A stretch of 64,000 bases of DNA, taken from Heterodontus francisci. Lineage: Eukaryota. Positions within the stretch are counted from its first letter, which is position 1. Each line of letters opens with the position of its first letter. Below are positions 38,184-52,800 of the stretch, one piece after another. Where the stretch lies: NCBI RefSeq assembly GCF_036365525.1, contig NC_090378.1, positions 130,309,593 through 130,373,592 on the forward strand, given 5' to 3'. The notes below the pieces were generated by a model that did not search any database, was not told the DNA's origin, and worked only from the letters and a program-made list of their open reading frames with translations. A program made the position numbers and the translations under genes.

Positions 38184-40894
38184 AATGCTGCCTGGAACTG
38201 GACATCCCATGGGCTGAATTTAATGAGTGGGCTCTGAAATGGGCACATTCCCATTAATCACATGGGAGGCCACCCCAGCATGATTATCAGGTGACCCCAG
38301 AGCAAGAAACCCAGCCCACTCGGTACTGGAACCCGAGACCCAGCTCACTCGGTACTGGAACCCGAGACCCAGCTCACTCGGTACTGGAACCCAAACCCCA
38401 GCTCACACAGTACTGGAACCCGAGACCCAGCTCACCCAGTACTGGCAACAAAACCCCAGCTCACCCAGTACTGGAACCCGAGACCCAGCTCACCCAGTAC
38501 TGGCACCTAAGACTCAGCTCACCCAGTACTGGCACCCAAACCCCAGCTCACCCAGTACTGGCACCTAAGACTCAGCTCACCCAGTACTGGCACCCAAACC
38601 CAGCCCACTCGGTACTGGAACCCGAGACCCAGCTCACCCAGTACTGGCACCCAACACCCAGCTCACCCAGTACTGGCACCCGAGACCCAGCTCACCCGGT
38701 ACTGGTACCTGAGACCCAGCTCACCTAGTACTGGCCCCCGAGACCCAGCTCACCCAGTACTGGCACCCGAGACCCAGTTCACCCAGTACTGGCACACGAG
38801 GCCCAACTCACTCGGTACTGGAACCCGAGACCCAGCTCACTCGGTACTGGAACCCAAACCCCAGCTCACACAGTACTGGAACCCGAGACCCAGCTCACTC
38901 GGTACTGGAACCCGAGACCCAGCTCACTCGGTACTGGAACCCAAACCCCAGCTCACACAGTACTGGAACCCGAGACCCAGCTCACCCAGTACTGGCAACA
39001 AAACCCCAGCTCACCCAGTACTGGAACCCGAGACCCAGCTCACCCAGTACTGGCACCTAAGACTCAGCTCACCCAGTACTGGCACCTAAGACTCAGCTCA
39101 CCCAGTACTGGCACCCAAACCCCAGCTCACCCAGTACTGGCACCTAAGACTCAGCTCACCCAGTACTGGCACCCAAACCCAGCCCACTCGGTACTGGAAC
39201 CCGAGACCCAGCTCACCCAGTACTGGCCCCCGAGACCCAGCTCACCCAGTACTGGCACCCGAGACCCAGTTCACCCAGTACTGGCACACGAGGCCCAACT
39301 CACTCGGTACTGGCACCTGAGACCCAGCTGACCCAGGACTGGCTCCCGAGACCCAGCTCACCCAGTGCTGGAACGCGAGACACAGCTCACCCAGTACTGG
39401 CACCCAGACCCCAGTTCACCCAGTACTGGCACCCAGACCTCAGCTCACCCAGTACTGGCACCCAAACCCCAGTTCACCCAGTACTGGCACCCAAACCTCA
39501 GCTCACCCAGTACTGGCACCCAAACCCCAGCTCACCCAGTACTGGCACCCGAGATCCAGCCCACTCAGTACTGGAACCCAAGAACCAGCTCACCCAGTAC
39601 AGGCATCCAAGACCCAGCTCACCCGGTACTGGAACCCAAGGCCCAGCTCACCCAGTACTGGCACCCGAGATCCAGCCCACTCAGTACTGGAACCCAAACC
39701 CAGCTCACCCAGTACTGGCACCCGAGACCCAGCTCACCCAGTACTGGCACCCGAGACCCAGCTCACCCAGTACTGACAGCCAATCCCCAGCTCACCCAGT
39801 ACTGGCACCCAAACCCCAGCTCAACCAGTACTGGCACCCAAACCCCAGCTCACCCAGTACTGGCACCCGAGACCCAGCTCACCCAGTACTGGCACCCAAA
39901 CCCAGCTCACCCAGTACTGACAGCCAATCCCCAGCTCACCCAGTACTGGCACCCAAACCCCAGCTCAACCAGTACTGGCACCCAAACCCCAGCTCACCCA
40001 GTACTGGCACCCAAACCCCAGCTCACCCGGTACTGGCAACCAAACCCCAGCTCACCCAGTACTGGAACCCAAACCCCAGCTCTCCCAGGACTGGCACCCA
40101 AACCCAACCTCACTCGGTACTGGGACCCAAGACACAGCCCACTCGGTACTGGAACCCAAGACCCAGCTCACCCAGTACTGGCACCCGAGACCCAGCCCAC
40201 TCAGCACTGGAACCCAAGACCCAGCTCACCCAGTACTGGCATCCAAGACCCAGCTCACCCGGTACTGGAACCCAAGGCCCAGCTCACCCAGTACTGGCAC
40301 CCAAACCCAGCTCACCCGGTACTGGCACCCGAGACCCAGCTCACCCGGTACTGGCACCCAAACCCCAGCTCACCCAGTACTGGCACCCAAACCTCAGCTC
40401 ACCCAGTACTGGCACCCAAACCCCAGCCCACCCGGTAATGGCACCCAAACCAGAGCTCACCCACTCATGGCACCCAAATCCCAGCTCACCCAGTACTGGC
40501 ACCCGAGACCCAGTTCACCCAGTACTGGCACCCAAACCCCAGCTCACCCGGCACTAGAACCCGAGACCCAGCTCACTCTGTACTGGCACCCAAACCCCAG
40601 CTCACCCAGTACTGGCACCCAAACCCCAGCTCACCCAGTACTGGAACCCGAGAGCCAGCTCACCCAGTACTGGTACCCAAACCCCAGCTCACCCAGTACT
40701 GGAACCCGCGACCCAGCTCACCCAGTACTGGCACCGAAACCCCAGCTCACCCAGTACTGGAACCCAAACCCCAGCTCACCCAGTACTGGCACCCAAAACC
40801 CAGCTCACCCAGTACTGGCACCCAAACCCAGCTCATCCAGTGCTGGCACACAAGCCCCAGCTCACCCAGTACTGTCACCCAAACACCAACTCAC

Positions 40895-41094
40895 CTAATG
40901 TCCTTTAGGGAAGGAAATCTGCTGTCCTTACCTGGTCTGGCCTACATGTGACTCGAGATCCACTGCAATGTGGTCGACTCTTACATGCCCTCGAAATGGC
41001 CTAGCAAGCCACTCAGTTCATGGGCAATTAGGGATGGGCAATAAATGCTGGCCTGGCCTGCGATGCCCACATCCCATGAAGGAATAAAAAAAAA
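40895..41094 (+). mobile_element. 5'-truncated Deu-domain SINE fragment (SacSINE1/AmnSINE-like), copy 1
   Basis: CTAATGTCCTTTAGGGAAGGAAATCTGCTGTCCTTACCTGGTCTGGCCTACATGTGACTC, LINE-derived tail, poly-A. Confidence 0.82.
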
Positions 41095-43697
41095 GTACTG
41101 GCACCCAAACCCCAGCTCATCCAGTACAGGCACCCAAACCCCAGCTCACTCAGTATTGGCACCCAAACCGCAGCTCACCCAGTACTGGAACCCGAGACCC
41201 AGCTCACCCAGTACTGGCACCCAAAACTCACCTCAACCAGCACTGGCACCTAAACCCCAGCTCACCCGGTACTGGCATCCGAGACCCACCTCACTCGGTA
41301 CTGGCACCCGAGACCCAGCTCACCCAGTACTGGCACCCAGACCCCAGCTCAACCGGTGCAGGCACCCGAGACCCACTTCACTCGGTACTGGCACCCGAGA
41401 CCCAGCTCACCCAGTACTGGCACCCAAGACCCAGCTCATCCAGTACTGGCACACAAACCCCAGCTCACCCGGTACTGGCACCCAAGACCCAGCCCACTCG
41501 GTACTGGAACCCGAGACCCAGCTCACCCAGTACTGGCACCCAAGACCCAGCTCACCCAGTACTGCCACCCAAGATACAGCTCACCCAGTACTGGCACCCG
41601 AGACCCAGCTCACCCAGTACTGGCACCCAAGACCCAGCTCACCCTGTACTGGCATCCGAGACCCAGCTCACCCAGTACTGGAACCCGAGACCCAGCTCAC
41701 CCAGTACTGGCACCTAAAACTCAGCTCACCCAGTACTGGCACCCAAACCCAGCCCACTCGGTACTGGAACCCGAGACCCAGCTCACCCAGTACTGGCACC
41801 CAACACCCAGCTCACCCAGTACTGGCACCCGAGACCCAGCTGACTCGGTACTGGCTCCCGAGACCCAGCTCACCCGGTACTGGTACCTGAGACCCAGCTA
41901 ACCCAGTACAGGCCCCCGAAACCCAGCTCACCCAGTACTGGCACCCGAGACCCAGTTCACCCAGTACTGGCACCCGAGGCCCAACTCACTCGGTACTGGC
42001 ACCGGAGACCCAGCTGACCCAGGACTGGCTCCCGAGACCCAGCTCACCCAGTACTGGCACCTAAGACTCAGCTCACCCAGTACTGGCACCCAAACCCAGC
42101 CCACTCGGTACTGGAACCCGAGACCCAGCTCACCCAGGACTGGCACCCAACACCCAGCTCACCCAGTACTGACACCCGACACCCAGCTGACTCGGTACTG
42201 GCTCCCGAGACCCAGCTCACCCGGTACTGGTACCTGAGGCCCAGCTCACCCAGTACTGGCCCCCGAGACCCAGCTCACCCAGTACTGGCACCCGAGACCG
42301 AGTTCACCCAGTACTGGCACCCGAGGCCCAACTCACTCGGTACTGGCACCCGAGACCCAGCTGACCCAGGACTGGCTCCCGAGACCCAGCTCACCCAGTA
42401 CTGGAATGCGAGACCCAGCTCACCCAGTACTGGCACCCAAACCCCATTTCACCCAGTACTGGCACCCAAACCTCAGCTCACCCAGTACTGGAACCCAAAC
42501 TCAAACTCACTCGGTACTGGGACCCAAGACCCAGCCCACTCGGTACTGGAACCCAAGACCCAGCTCACCCAGTACTGGCACCCGAGATCCAGCCCACTCA
42601 GTACTGGAACCCAAGACCCAGCTCACCCAGTACAGGCATCCAAGACCCAGCTCACACGGTACTGGAACCCAAGGCCCAGCTCACCCAGTACTGGCACCGA
42701 AATCCAGCTCACCCAGTACTGGCACCCGAGACCCAGCTCACCCAGTACTGGCACCCGAGACCCAGCTCACCCAGTACTGACAGCCAATCCCCAGCTCACC
42801 CAGTACTGGCACCCAAACCCCAGCTCACCCAGTACTGGCACCCAAACCGCAGCTCACCCAGTACTGGCACCCAAACCGCAGCACACCCAGTACTGGCACC
42901 CAAACCCCAACTCACCAGGTAATGGCACCCAAACCCCAGCTCACCCACTACTGGCACCCAAACCCCAGCTCACCCGGTACTGGCACCCAAACCCCAGCTC
43001 ACCCAGTACTGGAACCCGAGACCCAGCTCACTCGGTACTGGCAGCCAATCCCCAGCTCACCCAGTACTGGCACCCAAACCCCAGCTCACCCAGTACTGGC
43101 ACCCAAACCGCAGCTCACCCAGTACTGGCACCCAAACCCCAACTCACCAGGTAATGGCACCCAAACCCCAGCTCACCCAGTACTGGCACCCAAACCCCAG
43201 CTCACCCACTACTGGCACCCAAATCCCAGCTCACCCAGTACTGGCACCCGAGACCCAGCTCACCCAGTACTGGCACCCAAACCCCAGCTCACCCAGTACT
43301 GGAACGCGAGACCCAACTAACCCAGTACTGGCACCCAAACCCCAGCTTACCCAGTACTGGCACCCAAACTTCAGCTCACCCAGTATTGGCACCCAAACCC
43401 CAGTTCACCCAGTCCTGGCACCCAAACCCCAGCTCACCCGGTACTAGAACCCGAGACCCAGCTCACTCGGTACTGGCACCCAAACCCGAGCTCACCCAGT
43501 ATTGGCACCAAAACCCCAGCTCACCCAGTACTGGAACCCGCGACCCAGCTCACCCAGTACTGGCACCGAAACCCCAGCTCACCCAGTACTGGAACCTAAA
43601 CCCTAGCTCACCCAGTACTGGCACCCAAACCCAGCTCATCCAGTGCTGGCACACAAGCCCCAGCTCACCCAGTACTGGCACCCAAACCCCAACTCAT

Positions 43698-43897
43698 CTA
43701 ATGTCCTTCAGGGAAGGAAATCTGCTGTCCTTACCTGGTCTGGCCGACATGTGACTCGAGATCCACTGCAATGTGGTCGACTCTTACATGCCCTCGAAAT
43801 GGCCTAGCAATCCATTCAGTTCATGGGCAATTAGGGATGGGCAATAAATGCTGGCCTGGCCTGCGATGCCCAGATCCCATGAAGGAATAAAAAAAAA
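43698..43897 (+). mobile_element. Deu-domain SINE fragment, copy 2
   Basis: Same 200-bp fragment and same satellite junctions as copy 1. Confidence 0.82.
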
Positions 43898-46800
43898 GTA
43901 CTGGCACCCAAACCGCAGCTCATCCAGTACTGGCACCCAAACCCCAGCTCACCCAGTATTGGCACCCAAACCGCAGCTCACCCAGTACTGGATCCCGAGA
44001 CCCAGCTCACCCAGTACTGGCACCCAAAACTCACCTCACCCAGCACTGGCACCTAAACCCCAGCTCACCCGGTACTGGCATCCGAGACCCACCTCACTCG
44101 GTACTGGCACCCGAGACCTAGCTCACCCAGTAGTGGCTCCCAGACCCCAGCTCAACCGGTACAGGCACCCGAGACCCACCTCTCTCGGTACTGGCACCCG
44201 AGACCCAGCTCACCCAGTACTGGCACCCAAGACCCAGCTCATCCAGTACTGGCACACAAACCCCAGCGCACCCGGTACTGGCACCCGAGACCGACCTCAC
44301 TCGGTAATGGCACCCAAGACCCAGCCCACTCGGTACTGGAACCCGAGACCCAGATCACCCAGTACTGGCACCCAAGACCCAGCTCAACCAGTACTGGCAC
44401 CCAAACCCCAGCTCACCCAGTACTGGAACCCGAGAACCAGCTCACCCAGTACTGGCACCCGAGACCCAGCTCACCCAGTACTGGCACCCAAACCCCAGCT
44501 CACCCAGTAATGGAACCCGAGACCCAGCTCACCAAGTGCTGGCGCCCAAGACCCAGCTCGCCCAGTACTGGCACCCAAACCCCAGCTCACCCGGTACTGG
44601 CACCCGAGACCCAGCTCACCCAGTACTGGCACCCAAACCCCACCTCACTCGGCACTGGCATCCAAGACCCAGCCCACTCGGTACTGGAACCCAAGACCCA
44701 GCTCACCCAGTACTGGCACTCGAGATACAGCCCACTCGGTACTGGAACCCAAGACCCAGCTCACACAGTACTGGCATCCAAGACCCAGCTCACCCGGTAC
44801 TGGAACCCGAGACCCAGCTCAACCAGTAATGGAACCCGAGACCCAGCTCATCCAGTACTGGCACCCAAGACCCAGCTCATCCAGTACTGACACTCGAGAT
44901 CCAGCCCAATCGGTTCTGGAACCCAAGAACCAGCTCACCCAGTACTGGCATCCAAGACCCAGCTCACCCGGTACTGGAATCCGAGACCCAGCTCACCCAG
45001 TACTGGCACCCAAACCCAGCTCACCCAGTACTGGCACCCGAGACCCAGCCCAACCAGCAATGGACCCCGAGACCCAGCTCATCCAGTTCTTGCACCCAAG
45101 AACCAGCTCACCCAGTACTGGCATCCAAGACCCAGCTCACCCGGTACTGGAATCCGAGACCCAGCTCACCCAGTACTGGCACCCAAACCCAGCTCACCCA
45201 GTACCGGCACCCGAGACCCAGCTCAACCAGCAATGGACCCCGAGACCCAGCTCATCCAGTTCTTGCACCCAAGAACCAACTCACCCAGTACTGGCACCCA
45301 AGAACCAGCTCACCCAGTATTGGCACCCGAGACCCAGCTCACACAGTACTTGCACCCGAGACCCAGCTCACCCAATACTGGCACCCGAGACCCAGCTCTC
45401 CCAGTACTGGCACCCAAACCCTGGCTCACTCGGTAATGGAACCCAAACCCCAGCTCACCCAGTGCTGGCGCCCGAGACCCAGCTCTCCCAGTACTGGCAC
45501 CCAAACCCTGGCTCACCCGGTAATGGAACCCAAACCACAGCTCACCCAGTACTGGCACCCAAACCCCAGCTCACACAGTACTGGAACCCGAGACCCAGCT
45601 CACCCAGTACTGTCACCCAAACCCCTGCTCACCCAGTACTGGAACCCGAGACCCACCTCACCCAGTACTGGCACCCGAGACCCATCTCACCCAGTACTGG
45701 CACGCAAACCCCAGCTCACACAGTACTGGAACCCGAGACCCAGCTCACCCAGTACTGGCACCCAAGACCAAGCTCACCCAGTACTGGCATCCGAGACCCA
45801 GCTCACCCATTACTGGCACCCGAGACGCAGCTCACCCGGTACTGGCACCTGAGACCCAGCTCACCCAATACTGGCACCCAAGACCCAGCTCAACCAGTAC
45901 TGGAACCCGAGAACCAGCTCACCCAGTACTGGCACCCGAGACCCAGCTCACCCAGTACTGGCACCCAAACCCCAGCTCACCCAGTACTGGAACCCGAGAC
46001 CCAGCTCACCAAGTACTGGCGCCCAAGACCCAGCTCACCCAGTACTGGCATCCAAGACCCAGCTCACCCGGTACTGGAATCCGAGACCCAGCTCACCCAG
46101 TACTGGCACCCAAACCCAGCTCACCCAGTACTGGCACCCGAGACCCAGCCCAACCAGCAATGGACCCCGAGACCCAGCTCATCCAGTTCTTGCACCCAAG
46201 AACCAACTCACCCAGTACTGGCACCCAAACCCCACCTCACTCGGTACTGGCACCCAAGACCCAGCCCACTCGGTACTGGAACCCAAGACCCAGCTCACCC
46301 AGTACTGGCACTCGAGATACAGCCCACTCGGTACTGGAACCCAAGACCCAGCTCACCCAGTACTGGCACTCGAGATACAGCCCACTCGGTACTGGAACCC
46401 AAGACCCAGCTCTCACAGTACTGGCATCCAAGATCCAGCTCACCCGGTACTGGAACCCGAGGCCCAGCTCACCCAGTACTGGCACCCAAACCCAGCTCAC
46501 CCAGTACTGGCACCCGAGACCCAGCTCAACCAGTAATGGAACCCGAGACCCAGCTCATCCAGTACTGGCACACAAGACCCAGCTCACCCAGTACTGACAC
46601 TCGAGATCCAGCCCACTCGGTTCTGGAACCCAAGAACCAGCTCACCCAGTACTGGCATCCAAGACCCAGCTCTCCCGGTACTGGAATCCGAGGCCCAGCT
46701 CACCCAGTACTGGCACCCGAGACCCAGCTCACCCAGTAATGGACCCCGAGACCCAGCTCATCCAGTTCTTGCACCCAAGAACCAACTCACCCAGTACTGG

Positions 46801-49800
46801 CACCCAAGACACAGCTCACCCAGTATTGGCACCCGAGACCCAGCTCACCCAGTACTTTCACCCGAGACCCAGCTCACCCAATGCTGGCACCCGAGACGCT
46901 CCTCACTCGGTACTGGAACCCAAGATCCAGCTCACCTGGTACTGGCACCCGAGACACAGCTCACTCGGTACTGGCACCCGAGTCCCAGCTCACCCGGTAC
47001 TGGAACCTGACACCCAGCTCACCCATTACTGGCACCCGAGACCCAGCTCACCCAGTACTGGCACCAGAGATCCAGCTCACCCGGTACTGGCACCCTAGAC
47101 CCAGCTCACCCAGTACTGGCACCAGAGACCCAGCTCACCCAGTACTTGCACCCGAGACCCAGCTCACTCGGTACTGGCACCCGAGACCCAGCTCACCCAG
47201 GACTGGAACCCGAGACCCAGCTCACCCAGTAATGGCACCCGAGACCCAGATCTCCCAGTACTGGCACCCGAGAACCAGCTCTCCCAGTACTGGCACCCAA
47301 ACCCTGGCGCACTCGGTAATGGAACCCAAACCCCAGCTCACGCAGTGCTGGCACCCGAGACCCAGCTCTCCCAGTACAGGCACCCAAACCCTGGCTCACC
47401 CGGTAATGGAACCCAAACCCCAGCTCACCCAGTACTGGCACCCAAACCCCAGCTCACCCAATACTGGAACACGAGACCCAGCTCACCCAGTACTGGCACC
47501 CGAGACCCAGCTCACCCAGTACTGGCACCCAAACCCCAGCTCACCCAGTACTGGAACCCGAGACCCAGCTCACCAAGTACTGGCGCCCAAGACCCAGCTC
47601 ACCCAGTACTGGCACCCAAACCCCAGCTCACTCGGTACTGGCACCCGAGACCCAGCTCACCCAGTACTGGCACCCAAACCCCACCTCACTCGGTACTGGC
47701 ACCCAAGACCCAGCCCACTCGGTACTGGAACCCAAGACCCAGCTCACCCAGTACTGGCACTCGAGATACAGCCCACTCGGTACTGGAACCCAAGACCCAG
47801 CTCTCACAGTACTTGCATCCAAGATCCAGCTCACCCGGTACTGGAACCCGAGGCCCAGCTCACCCAGTACTGGCACCCAAACCCAGCTCACCCAGTACTG
47901 GCACCCGAGACCCAGCTCAACCAGTAATGGAACCCGAGACCCAGCTCATCCAGTACTGGCACACAAGACCCAGCTCACCCAGTACTGACACTCGAGATCC
48001 AGCCCACTCGGTTCTGGAACCCAAGAACCAGCTCGCCCAGTACTGGCACCCAAACCCCAGCTCACCCGGTACTGGCACCCGAGACCCAGCTCACCCAGTA
48101 CTGGCACCCAAACCCCACCTCACTCGGCACTGGCATCCAAGACCCAGCCCACTCGGTACTGGAACCCAAGACCCAGCTCACCCAGTACTGGCACTCGAGA
48201 TACAGCCCACTCGGTACTGGAACCCAAGACCCAGCTCACACAGTACTGGCATCCAAGACCCAGCTCACCCAATACTGGCACCCGAGACCCAGCCCAACCA
48301 GCAATGGACCCCGAGACCCAGCTCATCCAGTTCTTGCACCCAAGAACCAACTCACCCAGTACTGGCACCCAAGAACCAGCTCACCCAGTATTGGCACCCG
48401 AGACCCAGCTCACACAGTACTTGCACCCGAGACCCAGCTCACCCAATACTGGCACCCGAGACCCAGCTCTCCCAGTACTGGCACCCAAACCCTGGCTCAC
48501 TCGGTAATGGAACCCAAACCCCAGCTCACCCAGTGCTGGCGCCCGAGACCCAGCTCTCCCAGTACTGGCACCCAAACCCTGGCTCACCCGGTAATGGAAC
48601 CCAAACCACAGCTCACCCAGTACTGGCACCCAAACCCCAGCTCACACAGTACTGGAACCCGAGACCCAGCTCACCCAGTACTGTTACCCAAACCCCAGCT
48701 CACCCAGTACTGGAACCCGAGACCCACCTCACCCAGTACTGGCACCCGAGACCCATCTCACCCAGTACTGGCACGCAAACCCCAGCTCACACAGTACTGG
48801 AACCCGAGACCCAGCTCACCCAGTACTGGCACCCAAGACCAAGTTCACCCAGTACTGGCATCCGAGACCCAGCTCACCCATTACTGGCACCCGAGACGCA
48901 GATCACCCAGTACTGGCACCCGAGACCCAGCTCACCCAATACTGGCACCCAAGACCCAGCTCAACCAGTACTGGAACCCGAGAACCAGCTCACCCAGTAC
49001 TGGCACCCGAGACCCAGCTCACCCAGTACTGGCACCCAAACCCCAGCTCACCCAGTACTGGAACCCGAGACCCAGCTCACCAAGTATTGGCGCCCAAGAC
49101 CCAGCTCACCCAGTACCGGCACCCAATCCCCAGCTCACCCGGTACTGGCACCCGAGACCCAGCTCACCCAGTACTGGCACCCAAACCCCACCTCACTCGG
49201 TACTGGCACCCAAGACCCAGCCCACTCGGTACTGGAACCCAAGACCCAGCTCACCCAGTACTGGCACTCGAGATACAGCCCACTCGGTACTGGAACCCAA
49301 GACCCAGCTCTCACAGTACTGGCATCCAAGATCCAGCTCACCCGGTACTGGAACCCGAGGCCCAGCTCACCCAGTACTGGCACCCAAACCCAGCTCACCC
49401 AGTACTGGCACCCGAGACCCAGCTCAACCAGTAATGGAACCCGAGACCCAGCTCATCCAGTACTGGCACACAAGACCCAGCTCACCCAGTACTGACACTC
49501 GAGATCCAGCCCACTCTGTTCTGGAACCCAAGAACCAGCTCACCCAGTACTGGCATCCAAGACCCAGCTCTCCCGGTACTGGAATCCGAGGCCCAGCTCA
49601 CCCAGTACTGGCACCCGAGACCCAGCTCACCCAGTAATGGACCCCGAGACCCAGCTCATCCAGTTCTTGCACCCAAGAACCAACTCACCCAGTACTGGCA
49701 CCCAAGACACAGCTCACCCAGTATTGGCACCCGAGACCCAGCTCACCCAGTACTTGCACCCGAGACCCAGCTCACCCAATGCTGGCACCCGACACGCTCC

Positions 49801-52800
49801 TCACTCGGTACTGGAACCCAAGATCCAGCTCACCTGGTACTGGCACCCGAGACCCAGCTCACTCGGTACTGGCACCCGAGTCCCAGCTCACCCGGTACTG
49901 GAACCTGACACCCAGCTCACCCATTACTGGCACCCGAGACCCAGCTCACCCAGTACTGGCACCAGATATCCAGCTCACCCGGTACTGGCACCCTAGACCC
50001 AGCTCACCCAGTACTAGCACCAGAGACCCAGCTCACCCAGTACTGGCACCCGAGACCCAGCTCACTCGGTACTGGCACCCGAGACCCAGCTCACCCAGGA
50101 CTGGAACCCGAGACCCAGCTCACCCAGTAATGGCACCCGAGACCCAGATCTCCCAGTACTGGCACCCGAGAACCAGCTCTCCCAGTACTGGCACCCAAAC
50201 CCTGGCGCATTCGGTAATGGAACCCAAACCCCAGCTCACGCAGTGCTGGCACCCGAGACCCAGCTCTCCCAGTACAGGCACCCAAACCCTGGCTCACCCG
50301 GTAATGGAACCCAAACCCCAGCTCACCCAGTACTGGCACCCAAACCCCAGCTCACCCAGTACTGGAACACGAGACTCAGCTCACCCAGTACTGGCACCCG
50401 AGACCCAGCTCACCCAGTACTGGCACCCAAACCCCAGCTCACCCAGTACTGGAACCCGAGACCCAGCTCACCAAGTACTGGCGCCCAAGACCCAGCTCAC
50501 CCAGTACTGGCACCCAAACCCCAGCTCACCCGGTACTGGCACCCGAGACCCAGCTCACCCAGTACTGGCACCCAAACCCCACCTCACTCGGTACTGGCAC
50601 CCAAGACCCAGCCCACTCGGTACTGGAACCCAAGACCCAGCTCACCCAGTACTGGCACTCGAGACCCAGCCCACTCGGTACTGGAACCCAAGACCCAGCT
50701 CACCCAGTACTGGCACTCGAGATACAGCCCACTCGGTACTGGAACCCAAGAACCAGCTCACCCAGTACTGGCATCCAAGACCCAGCTCTCCCGGTACTGG
50801 AATCCGAGGCCCAGCTCACCCAGTACTGGCACCCGAGACCCAGCTCACCCAGTAATGGACCCCGAGACCCAGCTCATCCAGTTCTTGCACCCAAGAACCA
50901 ACTCACCCAGTACTGGCACCCAAGACACAGCTCACCCAGTATTGGCACCCGAGACCCAGCTCACCCAGTACTTGCACCCGAGACCCAGCTCACCCAATGC
51001 TGGCACCCGAGACGCTCCTCACTCGGTACTGGAACCCAAGATCCAGCTCACCTGGTACTGGCACCCGAGACCCAGCTCACTCGGTACTGGCACCCGAGTC
51101 CCAGCTCACCCGGTACTGGAACCTGACACCCAGCTCACCCATTACTGGCACCCGAGACCCAGCTCACCCAGTACTGGCACCAGAGATCCAGCTCACCCGG
51201 TACTGGCACCCTAGACCCAGCTCACCCAGTACTGGCACCAGAGACCCAGCTCACCCAGTACTTGCACCCGAGACCCAGCTCACTCGGTACTGGCACCCGA
51301 GACCCAGCTCACCCAGGACTGGAACCCGAGACCCAGCTCACCCAGTAATGGCACCCGAGACCCAGATCTCCCAGTACTGGCACCCGAGAACCAGCTCTCC
51401 CAGTACTGGCACCCAAACCCTGGCGCACTCGGTAATGGAACCCAAACCCCAGCTCACGCAGTGCTGGCACCCGAGACCCAGCTCTCCCAGTACAGGCACC
51501 CAAACCCTGGCTCACCCAGTAATGGAACCCAAACCCCAGCTCACCCAGTACTGGCACCCAAACCCCAGCTCACCCAGTACTGGAACCCAAGACCCAGCTC
51601 ACCCAGTACTGGCACCCGAGACCCAGCACACCCAGTACTGGCACCCAAACCCCAGCTCACCCAGTACTGGAACCCGAGACCCACCTCACCCAGTACTGGC
51701 ACCCGAGACCCAGCTCACCCAGTACTGGCACGCAAATCCCAGCTCACCCAGTACTGGAACCCGAGACCCAGCTCACCCAGTACTGGCATCCGAGACCCAG
51801 CTCACCCAGTACTGGCACCCAAGACCCAGCTCACCCAGTACTGGCATTCAAGACCCAGCTCACCCAGTACTGGCACCCGAGACGCAGCACACCCGGTACT
51901 GGCACCCGAGACCCTGCTGACTCGGTACTGGCACCCGAGACCCAGCGCACCCGGTACTGGAACCTGAGACCCAGCTCACCCAGTACTGGCACCCAAGACC
52001 CAGCTCAACCAGTACTGGCACCCAAACCCCAGCTCACCCAGTACTGGAACCCGAGAACCAGCTCACCCAGTACTGGCACCCGAGACCCAGCTCACCCAGT
52101 ACTGGCACCCAAACCCCAGCTCACCCAGTACTGGAACCCGAGACCCAGCTCACCAAGTACTGCCGCCCAAGACCCAGCTCACCCAGTACTGGCACCCAAA
52201 CCCCAGCTCACCCGGTACTGGCACCCGAGACCCAGCTCACCCAGTACTGGCACCCAAACCCCACCTCACTCGGTACTGGCACCCGAGACCCAGCCCACTC
52301 GGTACTGGAACCCAAGACCCAGCTCACCCAGTACTGGCACTCGAGATACAGCCCACTCGGTACTGGAACCCAAGAACCAGCTCACCCAGTACTGGCATCC
52401 AAGACCCAGCTCTCCCGGTACTGGAATCCGAGGCCCAGCTCACCCAGTACTGGCACCCGAGACCCAGCTCACCCAGTAATGGACCCCGAGACCCAGCTCA
52501 TCCAGTTCTTGCACCCAAGAACCAACTCACCCAGTACTGGCACCCAAGACACAGCTCACCCAGTATTGGCACCCGAGACCCAGCTCACCCAGTACTTGCA
52601 CCCGAGACCCAGCTCACCCAATGCTGGCACCCGAGACGCTCCTCACTCGGTACTGGAACCCAAGATCCAGCTCACCTGGTACTGGCACCCGAGACCCAGC
52701 TCACTCGGTACTGGCACCCGAGTCCCAGCTCACCCGGTACTGGAACCTGACACCCAGCTCACCCATTACTGGCACCCGAGACCCAGCTCACCCAGTACTG